Source of the DNA: Candidatus Eiseniibacteriota bacterium
GTDB lineage: Bacteria; Eisenbacteria; RBG-16-71-46; CAIMUX01; VGJL01
Length of the DNA stretch: 64,000 nt
Direction: 5' to 3'
Assembly: GCA_963792585.1 (NCBI GenBank)
Contig: CAWBWI010000005.1
Location: 96,001-160,000 of the forward strand
A program made the position numbers and the translations under genes. Shown piece after piece: positions 20,556 to 30,196 of the stretch. The number at the start of each line of letters is the position of its first letter. Within the stretch, counting starts at the first letter, position 1. The notes beneath the pieces were generated by a model. That model worked only from the letters and a program-made list of their open reading frames with translations. It searched no databases and was not told the DNA's origin.

Positions 20556-22274
20556 TTGCCCAAGTCCAGCCACAAACAGCGGGCGGATCGATCGGCCTTC
20601 CTGCTTCAGCTCGTCCGGGACCTCGATCGCTTCGCCGCCGACGAAGAGCCGGATCGCATTCTCCGCTATGCCCATCGGGGGCTCGGGCAGATGCTCCAAG
20701 CCGATTACGGATTCGTCTGGAGGCTCGAGCGCGGCGCGGCCGCTTCGGCGCGCTACAGCATGACTTGGACGCCGAAGGGGGAGAAGCGGATCGCCCAAGC
20801 GCCCCCCACCGCGCTCACCGAGCAGGCCGGGCGCTTCGCGCGGGATCGCAAGTCCCCCGACGATCCGAACCTCCTCTTCACCCTGGTGGAGGCGGGGGGA
20901 CGGCCGATCGGGATCCTCTCCTACATTCGCCTCGGCCGCCGTTTCGGGCGCGCGGACGCGCACGTCGGCCAGGACGCCGCCGAGTTCGTCGGCCGGCACT
21001 TGACCCATACGGAGCGGGAAAGGCTCTTCGAGGTGCGCGAGCGGATCGTCCGCAAGGTCCTCCTCCAGCTTCGCCCGGCGGACATCCTCTATCAGGTGCT
21101 CCACGGCCTGAAGCGCCTGCTGCAGTACGATCACAGCGCCTCGGTGGCGACCTACGGACGCGACGAGCGTAGGCTCACGATCCGCGCGGAGACGATCGCG
21201 TGGACCAAGGGAAAGAGCGAACGGATCGGACGCGCGATCGATCTCGACGCCGCGTCGGTCGCCTTCCTGGATGGACTCGGGAGCGCTTGCGTCTGCGGGC
21301 CTGGATCGGCGACTCCCGGCGCGCCGGCGGAGTTGCTCCGCGCGCTGGCGGACGTGTCCGCCCAGGCTCCTCCCGCCCAATCGATGATCCTCGCCCCCCT
21401 CGGGTTCCAGAACAAGAGAGTCGGGGTCCTGACGCTCTGCGGCCTCTCGCCGCGTACTTTCTCGGGTTCCGACATCGAGACCATCGACACGTTCCTGCAC
21501 ATCCTCTCGGCCGCCGCCGTCCACGCGGAGTTCTTCCGGCGTCAGCAGGACCTCCTGCTCGAGGCGGAACGAAGGACCGCCCTCGGCGATCTCGCCCGCG
21601 CGATCTCGCACGATCTGAACAATGCCTTCGGCGTGATCCAGCCGCTTCTCGAGACCGTCCGCCGCGACGTGGACAAGGGCGACTTCACGCCCGCGCGGCT
21701 CAAGGCGGACCTCGACACGCTCTCGCAATACGTCGCGTCGTCGCTGCGCATCTTCGAGCGGCTGCTGAGCTTCTCTCGTGGATCGACGGAGGGGATCGCG
21801 AAAGTCGACATCGGCGCCGCCGTCGACAGCGTTCTCTCGCTCCTCGCGCGCAGATTGCTCACCGCCGGCGTCGATGTCGTACGCGAGATTCCCGAGGATC
21901 TGCCCCATCCCCTCGCCCGCCGGCAGGAAATCGAACAACTCCTCCTGAACCTGATCACGAACGCGGAGGAGAGCATGGATCGCGGGGGCGTGCTGACCGT
22001 GCGGGCATGGACGGAGGGGAAACCGGAAGCCCGCTCGGTTCGAATCGCGGTCGCGGATACCGGGCGCGGAATCGCCCCCGAGGTCCGCGGTCGCGTGTTC
22101 GAGCCCTTCTTCACGACCAAGGCGGGCGGCACCGGGCTCGGTCTCGACATCTGTCGGTCGATCGTCTGGGAATACGATGGGGCCCTCTGGCTCGACCCGA
22201 ACGGTGACCGGGGAACGATCGCGCAGGTTCGTCTGCCCCTTTCTCCCCCGAGCGACGCTTTGGAGACCCGATGA
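20556..22274 (+). CDS. GAF-domain sensor histidine kinase
   Basis: ISHDLNN H-box, LLNLITNA N-box, DTGRGI G1, FEPFFTTK F-box, GTGLGL G2; N-terminal GAF-like regions. Confidence 0.92.
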   Translation: MPKSSHKQRADRSAFLLQLVRDLDRFAADEEPDRILRYAHRGLGQMLQADYGFVWRLERGAAASARYSMTWTPKGEKRIAQAPPTALTEQAGRFARDRKSPDDPNLLFTLVEAGGRPIGILSYIRLGRRFGRADAHVGQDAAEFVGRHLTHTERERLFEVRERIVRKVLLQLRPADILYQVLHGLKRLLQYDHSASVATYGRDERRLTIRAETIAWTKGKSERIGRAIDLDAASVAFLDGLGSACVCGPGSATPGAPAELLRALADVSAQAPPAQSMILAPLGFQNKRVGVLTLCGLSPRTFSGSDIETIDTFLHILSAAAVHAEFFRRQQDLLLEAERRTALGDLARAISHDLNNAFGVIQPLLETVRRDVDKGDFTPARLKADLDTLSQYVASSLRIFERLLSFSRGSTEGIAKVDIGAAVDSVLSLLARRLLTAGVDVVREIPEDLPHPLARRQEIEQLLLNLITNAEESMDRGGVLTVRAWTEGKPEARSVRIAVADTGRGIAPEVRGRVFEPFFTTKAGGTGLGLDICRSIVWEYDGALWLDPNGDRGTIAQVRLPLSPPSDALETR

Positions 22275-23428
22275 GCGCGACGCCGACGGAAGCTCCCGCG
22301 CGCCGATCCGTCCTCGTGGTGGACGACGAACCCGGCATGCGCTACACGGCGCGGCGGATCCTGGAAGCGCGCTACGACGTCATCGAGGCTGCCAGCGGTG
22401 AGGATGCGATCGATCGATTCGGCGAGAGGCCCTTCAACATCGCCCTTGTCGATCTGCGTCTTCCCGGCCAAAGCGGCCTCGAACTGCTGTCGTCGATCAA
22501 GGTGATGAGTCCGGCGACCGACGTCGTCATCATGACCGGATCGGCGAAGGATCCGGAAGAGGCGCTGCTGGGCTCGATTCGCCGGAAGGCGTTCTTCTTC
22601 TTGCGCAAACCGTTCTCCGCTGCGGTCCTCGAGACGCTGGTCGACCGGATCACCGAGACCCAGACGCTCGAGGAACGGGTGCTGCTGAACGCGCAGCGCC
22701 TCGAGGAGGACCTGGAGAACGCACGGAAGTTCCAGATCGGTCTCCTGCCGCCGCGTGAGTGGAAAGGGCGGCGGATCGAGGTCGCGGGCCTCTACGTCCC
22801 GAGCGCCCGCCTCTCGGGGGATCTGATCGACTACTGGACGTTGCCCGGCGGTGGAACCGCACTCCTCGCCGCGGACGTGATGGGGCACGGCGCCTCGGCA
22901 GCGATGATGACAGGGATCGTCAAGACGCAGCTCCGCTCGCTCGCCTCCCAGGAGACCGACCCCGCGGGGATCCTCCTGGAACTCGACGCCGCGCTGCGCG
23001 GGCTGACGATCCACCGTTTCCTGACGATCCTGCTCGTGATCGACGAGGGAGCCTCCGGCGGCATCCGCTATTGCGGCGCGGGGCACCCTCCGGGAATCCT
23101 CCGCACACCAGACGGCGCGATCCTGCCGCTCGAGAGCGACGGTCCGCCCTTGAACATCCTGGGGCTCGATCCGTACCCGCGGCACAGCGAGATCCTTCCC
23201 CGGGTCGCCGGGAGCAGGATCTTCATCTGCACGGATGGATTCGCCGACGCCGAGTCGCTCGACGGCGCGCGCCTGAACGAGTCGCCCGACTTTCGCGCGG
23301 TCGTCGAGCAGGCGCTCCAGCTGCCGCCGGTTCCGGCGCGCGCGAGGCTCGACGAGATGCTGGCCTCGCACATACGCGGCAAGGATCAGGAGGACGACCG
23401 TGCGTTGCTGGTGGCGGAGCTGCGCTAG
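22271..23428 (+). CDS. Response regulator receiver fused to PP2C/SpoIIE (RsbU-like) phosphatase
   Basis: VLVVDDE, DLRLP, MTG and KPF receiver motifs; SGDLID, ADVMGHG, AGHPP, TDG and DD phosphatase motifs. ATGA overlap with the kinase gene. Confidence 0.92.
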   Translation: MSATPTEAPARRSVLVVDDEPGMRYTARRILEARYDVIEAASGEDAIDRFGERPFNIALVDLRLPGQSGLELLSSIKVMSPATDVVIMTGSAKDPEEALLGSIRRKAFFFLRKPFSAAVLETLVDRITETQTLEERVLLNAQRLEEDLENARKFQIGLLPPREWKGRRIEVAGLYVPSARLSGDLIDYWTLPGGGTALLAADVMGHGASAAMMTGIVKTQLRSLASQETDPAGILLELDAALRGLTIHRFLTILLVIDEGASGGIRYCGAGHPPGILRTPDGAILPLESDGPPLNILGLDPYPRHSEILPRVAGSRIFICTDGFADAESLDGARLNESPDFRAVVEQALQLPPVPARARLDEMLASHIRGKDQEDDRALLVAELR

Positions 23429-24171
23429 CGCGCCTCGGATTCGCCGAGCTTGCGCAGGATCCAGACGGTCCGCGACACGGCCGTGACGACCGTTCCGACC
23501 GCGATCAGGGCGATGATCCAAAAGAGTGCCGTCCCGGGCGGACGATGGAGCATCTGCGAAACGGTGGCGTCGAGGATCCCGCCCAGGCCGAGCAACAACA
23601 TCCGCTCCGCGCGTTGCATCAGCCCCTCTTTGCAGAGGACGCCGAGACTCTCGCCTCTTGCGCGCGTATAGCTCACCAGCATCGATCCTCCGAGAGCGAC
23701 AACGACGGCGGCGACCGGGAGACCCGCGCGATAGAAGATCGACAGACCGATGAAGGAGGCGAACTCGACGAAGCGATCGAGGGTCGAGTCGAGGAAGGCG
23801 CCCGCCTTCGATGCGACGCCGAGGGCCCGCGCGACCTGACCGTCCAGTGCGTCGGCAAGGCCGCTGGCCAGCACGAGCGCGCCGCCCGCGGCGAGCCGGC
23901 CTGTGGCAAACGCGACCAGGCTCGCAATGCCGAAGAACAAGCCGAGGACGTTGTAGAAGACGGGGCTCAGGCCGAGGGCGATCGATGCCCGAAGGATCGG
24001 CCCGGTGACCCAGTAGAACCAGTCCCGGACCCAGAACCCGAGAACGAAACTCCCGCCGCGTCGGGTCGTGTCGCGGTCCGGACCGCGTCCCGCCGGGGTC
24101 ATGCGGTAAGCCGCCATGCTCGCGAGGGCAAGCGCAAGCGCCCCTGCCGTGATCGAGATCTCGATTCTCAC
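23425..24171 (-). CDS. CDP-alcohol phosphatidyltransferase
   Basis: Signature DALDGQVARALGVASKAGAFLDSTLD plus SYTRARGE and RAER; GTG 24171 overlaps the upstream stop. Confidence 0.9.
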   Translation of the reverse strand: MRIEISITAGALALALASMAAYRMTPAGRGPDRDTTRRGGSFVLGFWVRDWFYWVTGPILRASIALGLSPVFYNVLGLFFGIASLVAFATGRLAAGGALVLASGLADALDGQVARALGVASKAGAFLDSTLDRFVEFASFIGLSIFYRAGLPVAAVVVALGGSMLVSYTRARGESLGVLCKEGLMQRAERMLLLGLGGILDATVSQMLHRPPGTALFWIIALIAVGTVVTAVSRTVWILRKLGESEAR

Positions 24172-25136
24172 CGGTCTCCATCCTTCCCGGGCGCGGCGAG
24201 AGTCGAGCCCCGGGAGCGAAGCCGCCAGAGGACTCGGATCGCTTTCGGCCAGAGCAGGATGAATGGCCAGCGTCGCTCCGCTTCGGTGACCTCGACGCGG
24301 ATTCCCGCGCGTCGCTCCATTTTGCGGACAATGTAGTCGATCCACCCGTCGAAGGTCAGGACGTACTTGAACCAGCGCAGCGTCGCCCGGGCCTTGGATC
24401 GCTCGAAATAGAGACGCCAGCGCAACCGCTCCCCGGCCCCCGGATTCCGGGTTCGGGCGTACCGATCCCCCTCCCGCGTCAAGCAGCCTTCGGTAATGGC
24501 CGCATCGAGCACCGGGCCATACGTCTCCGCGAAGTACGCTTCCTGCGTGCGGAAGACCTCTCCCGACCGGTCCTGCGTCTCCGGTCGGATCTCTCCGCGG
24601 TATGAGATCTCGAGCATCGTGCGCGCAAACTCCCCGACCGTGAAGGCGCCCACCCGATAGAGCGGCACCCAGTCGATCGTGGCGCGTCGGGCCTGACCGA
24701 GGAGCGACTCGATCCTCGCGCGCGCCTGATCGTCGCGCGCGTGCACGATCCGGACGGTCTGGGTGAGGCGTCCCATGCAGAAGTGATCTGCCGCTCTCGT
24801 CGACAACGCTTTGGCAAGATCCCGCTCGGTGATGACGACGGCCTTGCACCCCGGCCCCTCGGCGCCGGCCGGCACGAGGGAGATGACGTTCGGGGACAGG
24901 ACGCGATTCGCGGCAGCGAGCAACCGCGGGCCATGACGCATCGGGTACCTCCCGTGCAGCCTCCGGTAGAAGGGCAGGTAAGCGCCGACCACGAGGAACA
25001 GGTCGGCCGCGCTGTGCCTCCCCGGAGTCGTCCCGACGAGTCGCGATCCGAAGAAGATGATGCCCACGAGCTCCCCGCCGCATGCGTCGCGGAGCACGTC
25101 CACGGCCCGAAGGACCTCAGGGGGAGTTTCGTTCAT
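24168..25136 (-). CDS. Tam41/Mmp37-like nucleotidyltransferase (putative lipid cytidylyltransferase)
   Basis: FFGS...ADLFLVV nucleotidyltransferase motif, PNV, K-x-x-VI, GRL and SYRGE motifs recalled from Tam41-like proteins. Confidence 0.6.
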   Translation of the reverse strand: MNETPPEVLRAVDVLRDACGGELVGIIFFGSRLVGTTPGRHSAADLFLVVGAYLPFYRRLHGRYPMRHGPRLLAAANRVLSPNVISLVPAGAEGPGCKAVVITERDLAKALSTRAADHFCMGRLTQTVRIVHARDDQARARIESLLGQARRATIDWVPLYRVGAFTVGEFARTMLEISYRGEIRPETQDRSGEVFRTQEAYFAETYGPVLDAAITEGCLTREGDRYARTRNPGAGERLRWRLYFERSKARATLRWFKYVLTFDGWIDYIVRKMERRAGIRVEVTEAERRWPFILLWPKAIRVLWRLRSRGSTLAAPGKDGDR

Positions 25137-25149
25137 CGAGAGCTCCCGA

Positions 25150-25872
25150 TCACCCGCCGACGCCTCTCGGCGGCCCGCTTCGTAGTTCCTCGAGTTTCGT
25201 CAGCATCGTTTCCCTGACCTCTTGCGTGAATGCGTCGGCATCCCCTTTCGGGTCCTCCCAGGATATCGGTCCGACGCAGGCAAACCGCGCGTCGACTCCG
25301 CTGATCTCCCGCGGGAAATCTCTCATCCGCGCGCAACGCCAGAACCCGTCGATCACCAGAAGATAGACGGTCCATGGCCGCGCCCTCAGGATGGCCCGAA
25401 GCCCCGGTCGGCGGAAGGGCTGAATGTTGCCGTTGCGCGTGCGGGTTCCCTCAGGGAAAATCACCAAAGGGTGCTTCGACTCCTTGGCCACCCTGATCAG
25501 GTTGCGGAGTTGCTCGCTGGACCGATCATCGGGGTCCACCAGAGGATGGTCGTAGAGCCGAAGCATGTGGGATATGAGCGGCTTTCCCTTCGCATAGCGC
25601 CGTCGCGTCACGATACGGGGATAGGTTCCCTCCAGACAACGGAAGGCCACGAGGATGTCGAAGAGGGACTGGTGGTTCATCAAGATGAGGACCCCAGGCC
25701 CTCCGGGGATCGCGGGCAGGGGACCGATGGCGGCCCCGCCGACGCGCCGCGCCAGGCCGAGAACACCCGCGGCGAAGGATCTAGCCCAAGACGTGAGGAT
25801 CCTGTCGCGCGAAGCGGGACGGAGTCGAATGAGCGCGACGATGACCGTGCGCTCGAAGAGATCCGATCCCAA
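25150..25872 (-). CDS. PlsC-family lysophospholipid acyltransferase (5' end uncertain)
   Basis: NHQSLFD (HX4D) and FPEGTR motifs. A hydrophobic upstream segment in another frame suggests an indel near 25871. Confidence 0.85.
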   Translation of the reverse strand: MGSDLFERTVIVALIRLRPASRDRILTSWARSFAAGVLGLARRVGGAAIGPLPAIPGGPGVLILMNHQSLFDILVAFRCLEGTYPRIVTRRRYAKGKPLISHMLRLYDHPLVDPDDRSSEQLRNLIRVAKESKHPLVIFPEGTRTRNGNIQPFRRPGLRAILRARPWTVYLLVIDGFWRCARMRDFPREISGVDARFACVGPISWEDPKGDADAFTQEVRETMLTKLEELRSGPPRGVGG

Positions 25873-25966
25873 AAGAGGATCCCAATCAGGATGAGGCTCA
25901 GGTATCCTATGCGCGCAGTGCTCCGTGCCGATCAGGGTGCGGCGATCGGGTTGAGTTCCGGGACAA

Positions 25967-27364
25967 TTGTGCCGGCAACGAATGGATTTTCAAACTGGGA
26001 TGACGAACTTGAATGAAGCTAATCCGGACGGCATGGATCCGTCAAGGCTGACCCCTCCCGAAGGCTCGACGGATCTCCACATCGGTGAGCCCGTCGCCGC
26101 GGACCTGTCGATGGATCCATCGGAGTATGATTTCTCGCACTTCTACTTCGCGACGGGCACCGACGCGTTCAACATGCTGGACCCATTCGACGCGTGGTAC
26201 CAGAAGGCGCTCGTGGAGGACTGCTACTACCTCTACAACCAGCCGATGCGCACGGCTCCCCGCAGCCACGTGACCGTCGTCGAAGCGTTGCATCATAAGG
26301 AGATCAAGGACCTTCTGAATTTCGCCTCGTACAACTATCTCGGGATGAGCTATCGCCCCGAGGTCATCCGCGCCGCCCAGGAGGCCCTCGGAAAGTACGG
26401 GCTCGGCGCGTCCGGCTCGCCGATTCTGAGCGGCACGCTCGACCTGCACGAGGAATTCGCGACCAAGCTCGCCCGGTTCAAGAGGAAGGAAGCGGTCCTG
26501 CTCTTCCCGACCGGCTACAGCGCGAACCTCGGCGTGATCGCCGGTCTCATGCGACCCGGCGATATGGTCTTCGCCGATCAGTTCGCTCACGCGAGCATCG
26601 TCGACGGGATCATCCTGTCGAAGGCCAAACCTCGATTCTTCCGGCACAACGACGCCAATGACCTCGAGAAGAAGCTGAAGGCGTTCGACGGCCGCAAGCT
26701 CGTTGTCGTCGAGGGCGTCTACTCGATGGACGGAGACCTCGCGAATCTGGTCGAGATCGTCGAGGCCTGCAAACGTCAGAACGCCAGGATCATGATCGAC
26801 GAGGCGCACTCGACGTTCCTCTTCGGGGAGAACGGGCGCGGACTGGCCGAGCAGATGGGGGTCGAGGACGAGATCGACATCCACTTCGGCACCTTCTCCA
26901 AGAGCCTCGGAGGGATCGGCGGATTCGTGGCCGGCTCGACGAAGCTGATCAACTACCTGCACGCCTTCGCGCGCTCGCAGTTCTTCTCCTGCGCCCTGCC
27001 CCCGGCGGTGATGGCCGGCCTGATCAAGGGGCTGGAGATCTCCATCGCGGAGCCGGAGTTGCGCACGAAGCTGTGGACGAACGTCGACTTCATGCAGGAA
27101 CGGCTACGCTCGACCGGAGTCGACATCGGGAACTCGCAATCCCAGGTGATCCCGGTCATGATCCGCGATGACAAGAAGGTCTTCCCGATCGTCGAGGAGA
27201 TGCTGCACGCGGGCGTCTATCTTCACCCGATCCGCTACCCGGCCGTCGGGAAACACCGATCGCGCCTGCGGATCTCGATCTCCGCCGCCCACAGCCGGAA
27301 CGATCTGGAGGAAGGGGCGAGGATCATTCAGCAGGTTCTGTCGAGGAATGGACTATGCAAGTAA
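25967..27364 (+). CDS. spt: PLP-dependent alpha-oxoamine synthase, probably serine palmitoyltransferase
   Basis: FASYNYLG, TGYSAN, HASIVDG, EGVYSMDG, DEAHS and GTFSKS (PLP lysine). Lipid gene neighbourhood favours SPT over BioF/Kbl. Start may be 26000 or 26033. Confidence 0.65.
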   Translation: MCRQRMDFQTGMTNLNEANPDGMDPSRLTPPEGSTDLHIGEPVAADLSMDPSEYDFSHFYFATGTDAFNMLDPFDAWYQKALVEDCYYLYNQPMRTAPRSHVTVVEALHHKEIKDLLNFASYNYLGMSYRPEVIRAAQEALGKYGLGASGSPILSGTLDLHEEFATKLARFKRKEAVLLFPTGYSANLGVIAGLMRPGDMVFADQFAHASIVDGIILSKAKPRFFRHNDANDLEKKLKAFDGRKLVVVEGVYSMDGDLANLVEIVEACKRQNARIMIDEAHSTFLFGENGRGLAEQMGVEDEIDIHFGTFSKSLGGIGGFVAGSTKLINYLHAFARSQFFSCALPPAVMAGLIKGLEISIAEPELRTKLWTNVDFMQERLRSTGVDIGNSQSQVIPVMIRDDKKVFPIVEEMLHAGVYLHPIRYPAVGKHRSRLRISISAAHSRNDLEEGARIIQQVLSRNGLCK

Positions 27365-28017
27365 CCAGGTACGATTTCCGGCACGCGGTCAATGCGTTCT
27401 TCGAGCTCTCCGAGGACACGGCTCGGGAGATCCTCCCGAAACACCTCCAACCTCTGGAGCACCAGCATGGGGTTGCGATCCTGGCCGTCACCGCCTTCGA
27501 TTTCAGCGACAGCATGATCGGGCCGTATGGAGAGATCTTCATGGCGATCATCGTGCCGCCCGTCGTCAGGGCCGGCCGGCCGTTCCCTCTCTCCGCCCTC
27601 TATCCTTTCATCATCGGGACGAGCACGGCGGCCGCACGCGAGCATGCGATCGAGCGCTGGCACCTTCCCCTCTATCCGAGCGACATCACCGTCGACTTCG
27701 TCGAGAAGAACGGATCGATCGACGTCCACGCCCATGAGGCGGGACGACCGATCCTCGACCTCACCGTCGGCGAGCACGGATGGGAAGAGGCCGAGCAGCT
27801 CTACCAGGCGTTCATGACGGACCCGCAGGGCCGATACATGGTCGACGTCCGCCTCAAGGGGAGTATTACCGAACACGAGGATCAGACCGGCAGCGGCACG
27901 TTCCACGACCACCCCATGTGCGGGCAGCTCGCGGACGGTGATCTCCCGCCCACACCGTTCAGAGAGCTCTGGATGAAGGACGGCTGCCAGCTCTTCGACG
28001 AACTCTCGAAGCTCTAG
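27355..28017 (+). CDS. Acetoacetate decarboxylase-like family protein
   Basis: AREILPKHLQP, SMIGPYGE and AREHAIERWHLP pattern of ADC-fold proteins. Confidence 0.6.
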   Translation: MQVTRYDFRHAVNAFFELSEDTAREILPKHLQPLEHQHGVAILAVTAFDFSDSMIGPYGEIFMAIIVPPVVRAGRPFPLSALYPFIIGTSTAAAREHAIERWHLPLYPSDITVDFVEKNGSIDVHAHEAGRPILDLTVGEHGWEEAEQLYQAFMTDPQGRYMVDVRLKGSITEHEDQTGSGTFHDHPMCGQLADGDLPPTPFRELWMKDGCQLFDELSKL

Positions 28018-28034
28018 CAGAGTCGACGCGCCCT

Positions 28035-28955
28035 GTGGCGATCCGCCGATCCCCATTCGTCATCGTCAATCCCGCCGCGGGGAGGGGTCGGGGCGAACGC
28101 CGGATGGCGAGCTACCTGAGTCTCCTCCGTCGGTACCTCGGCCCCCTGGAGCCCGCGATCACCGCCCACCCAGGAGATGAGACGATGCTCGTCGATCGCG
28201 CCCTCGCGGTCGGCTTCGACGCGATCATCGCGATCGGCGGCGACGGCACGTTGAGCGCGGTGGCGGACCGCGTCGTTCGATCGGGCGTGCACGGGGTCGC
28301 CGTCGGCCTCCTTCCCGCCGGCACCGGAAACGACTTCGGGAAATCGCTGGGGATCCGCTACGAGCGCGCCGAGCAGGTCGTCAAGGCGATCGCGGATCGG
28401 AGGACGATCACGATCGACGTCGGTCGCGTCGAGGAACGCACCTTCGTCAACATCGTCGGCTTCGGCTTCGACATCGCGGTGATCGACGATTCGGCCAAGG
28501 TCCCGCTCCTGAAGGGGGACATTCTCTATCGGTTCTCCGCGATGCGTCAGCTCTTCCGCTTCCCGGGCATCGATATCGGGGTCTCCACGGACGGAACGCC
28601 GGCCGCGATGAGGATGCACTTGATGCTGATCGTCGCCAACGCGAGGATCTTCGGCGGATCGTTCCAGATCGCCCCCAGGGCCGACCTGCAGGACGGCCTC
28701 CTCGACATCGTCTCGATCTTCAACGCGGGACCGATCCGGCGGATGCAGCTCTTCGGCCGCGCGTCGAGCGGCACCCACGTGGGCGAATCGGACGTGGAAG
28801 TCCGTCAGACATCGAAGTGCCTGCTCCGCTTCCATGAACCGGTGCGCTATGAGGTCGACGGCGAGGTCTATCTCTCGAAGGGCCCCGACATCACGATCGA
28901 AAACGTGCCCGGGGCCTTGACGATCTTCGTTCCCGATCCGGAGGGCGGACCGTGA
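28035..28955 (+). CDS. Diacylglycerol/sphingosine kinase family lipid kinase (putative ceramide kinase)
   Basis: NPAAG, GGDGT, PAGTGNDF, GFD, FGG and EVDGE motifs. Confidence 0.9.
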   Translation: MAIRRSPFVIVNPAAGRGRGERRMASYLSLLRRYLGPLEPAITAHPGDETMLVDRALAVGFDAIIAIGGDGTLSAVADRVVRSGVHGVAVGLLPAGTGNDFGKSLGIRYERAEQVVKAIADRRTITIDVGRVEERTFVNIVGFGFDIAVIDDSAKVPLLKGDILYRFSAMRQLFRFPGIDIGVSTDGTPAAMRMHLMLIVANARIFGGSFQIAPRADLQDGLLDIVSIFNAGPIRRMQLFGRASSGTHVGESDVEVRQTSKCLLRFHEPVRYEVDGEVYLSKGPDITIENVPGALTIFVPDPEGGP

Positions 28956-30196
28956 GGGCGATCACCTTCGACGCCTCGATCCCCCGCTATCTCGCGACCC
29001 GCATCGCGGGGGGAATCGGACGGAATCTGCTGACCGGCGCGGGGCGCTGCACGCGCGTCGCGGAGGTTCCGGATCCGACCCTTCCGGGCGATCGGTGGGT
29101 GCGGATCCGCACGCTCCTCGGCGGGATCTGCGGCAGCGATCTGGGGCTCGTTCGGCTCGACGTCTCCCCCTCGACCTCTCCCTTCAGCTCCTCCCCCTTC
29201 GTGATCGGGCACGAGAACGTGGGCGTCGTGACCGAGGTCGGTTCCGCCGTGCGGCGTCTCCGTCCGGGAGATCGGGTTGTCGCCGACCCGCTCCTGCCCT
29301 GCACGGTCCGCGCGATCTCCCCTGCCTGCCGCGGGTGCGCCGAAGGTCACCCCTCCCGGTGCGAGCGATTCACGGACGGCGCCATCGCGCCGGGCATGCT
29401 CCTCGGGACCACACGGGGGCTCGGCGGCAGCTGGGGATCCGCGTACGTGGCCCACGAGGAACAGGTCGTCTGCGTCCCTCCGGGGGTGAGCGATTCCGCC
29501 GCGGTATTGCTCGAGCCGTTCACCTGTCTCCTCTCCCCCGTCCTCGCACACCCACCCGCGCCGGGGGCCCGTGTGCTCGTGATCGGCGCCGGCGCGATCG
29601 GCCTCATGGCCGTTGCGGCGCTCACGGCGGTCGAGCCCGCCGCGCGACTGACCGTCCTCGCGCGTCACGCATTCCAGGGCGAGCACGCGGAACGCCTCGG
29701 GGCCGCGCGGATCGTGCGCGCACGCCGTGCGGAGGCCGGATTCGCTGAGGCCCTCGCGCAGGAATCGGGCGGACGCCTGCTCCAGCCGATCCTGGGTCCG
29801 AAGATCATGACCGGCGGCTTCGATCTGAGCGTCGTCTGCGCCGGCAATGATGAGGCGGTTGATGCCGCGCTTCGTTTCACCCGCGCGGGGGGAACGGTTC
29901 TGCTCGTCGCAAACGTGGTCCGGCTGCGCTCGATCGATTGGACTCCGGTATGGATGAAGCAGCTCGCGGTGCGCGGCAGCGTCTGCTCGGACCGCCATGC
30001 GATCGACGGGAACCGCCGATCGACCTTCGAGATCGGGATGGAGATGCTGGACCGGGGGCTGGCCGCCAGGCTCGAGCCGCTGGTCACGCACGCGTTTCCG
30101 ATCGCGCGCTACCGCGAAGCCCTCGCCGTCGCCTTCGGAAGGCCGGCGACGCCACACGTGAAGGTCGTCTTCGAGCACGCGGGGACGGGCGCGTGA
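28952..30196 (+). CDS. Zinc-binding medium-chain alcohol dehydrogenase
   Basis: GICGSD, GHE, four-Cys structural Zn site and GAGAIG NAD-binding motif. Confidence 0.9.
   Translation: MRAITFDASIPRYLATRIAGGIGRNLLTGAGRCTRVAEVPDPTLPGDRWVRIRTLLGGICGSDLGLVRLDVSPSTSPFSSSPFVIGHENVGVVTEVGSAVRRLRPGDRVVADPLLPCTVRAISPACRGCAEGHPSRCERFTDGAIAPGMLLGTTRGLGGSWGSAYVAHEEQVVCVPPGVSDSAAVLLEPFTCLLSPVLAHPPAPGARVLVIGAGAIGLMAVAALTAVEPAARLTVLARHAFQGEHAERLGAARIVRARRAEAGFAEALAQESGGRLLQPILGPKIMTGGFDLSVVCAGNDEAVDAALRFTRAGGTVLLVANVVRLRSIDWTPVWMKQLAVRGSVCSDRHAIDGNRRSTFEIGMEMLDRGLAARLEPLVTHAFPIARYREALAVAFGRPATPHVKVVFEHAGTGA

Noticed and set aside
21542..24331. Long antisense or alternate-frame ORFs (e.g. 21542-24331, 30711-34397, 4262-6832, 49715-52327, 58057-60102)
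   Set aside because: Arg/Pro/Ala-rich shadow ORFs expected at high GC; they overlap well-supported genes and show no motifs of their own.
25967..27364. BioF or Kbl assignment for the alpha-oxoamine synthase
   Set aside because: No biotin genes are nearby and the lipid kinase/CDP-transferase context favours SPT. Not fully excluded, because an adjacent Zn-dehydrogenase could recall a kbl-tdh pair.
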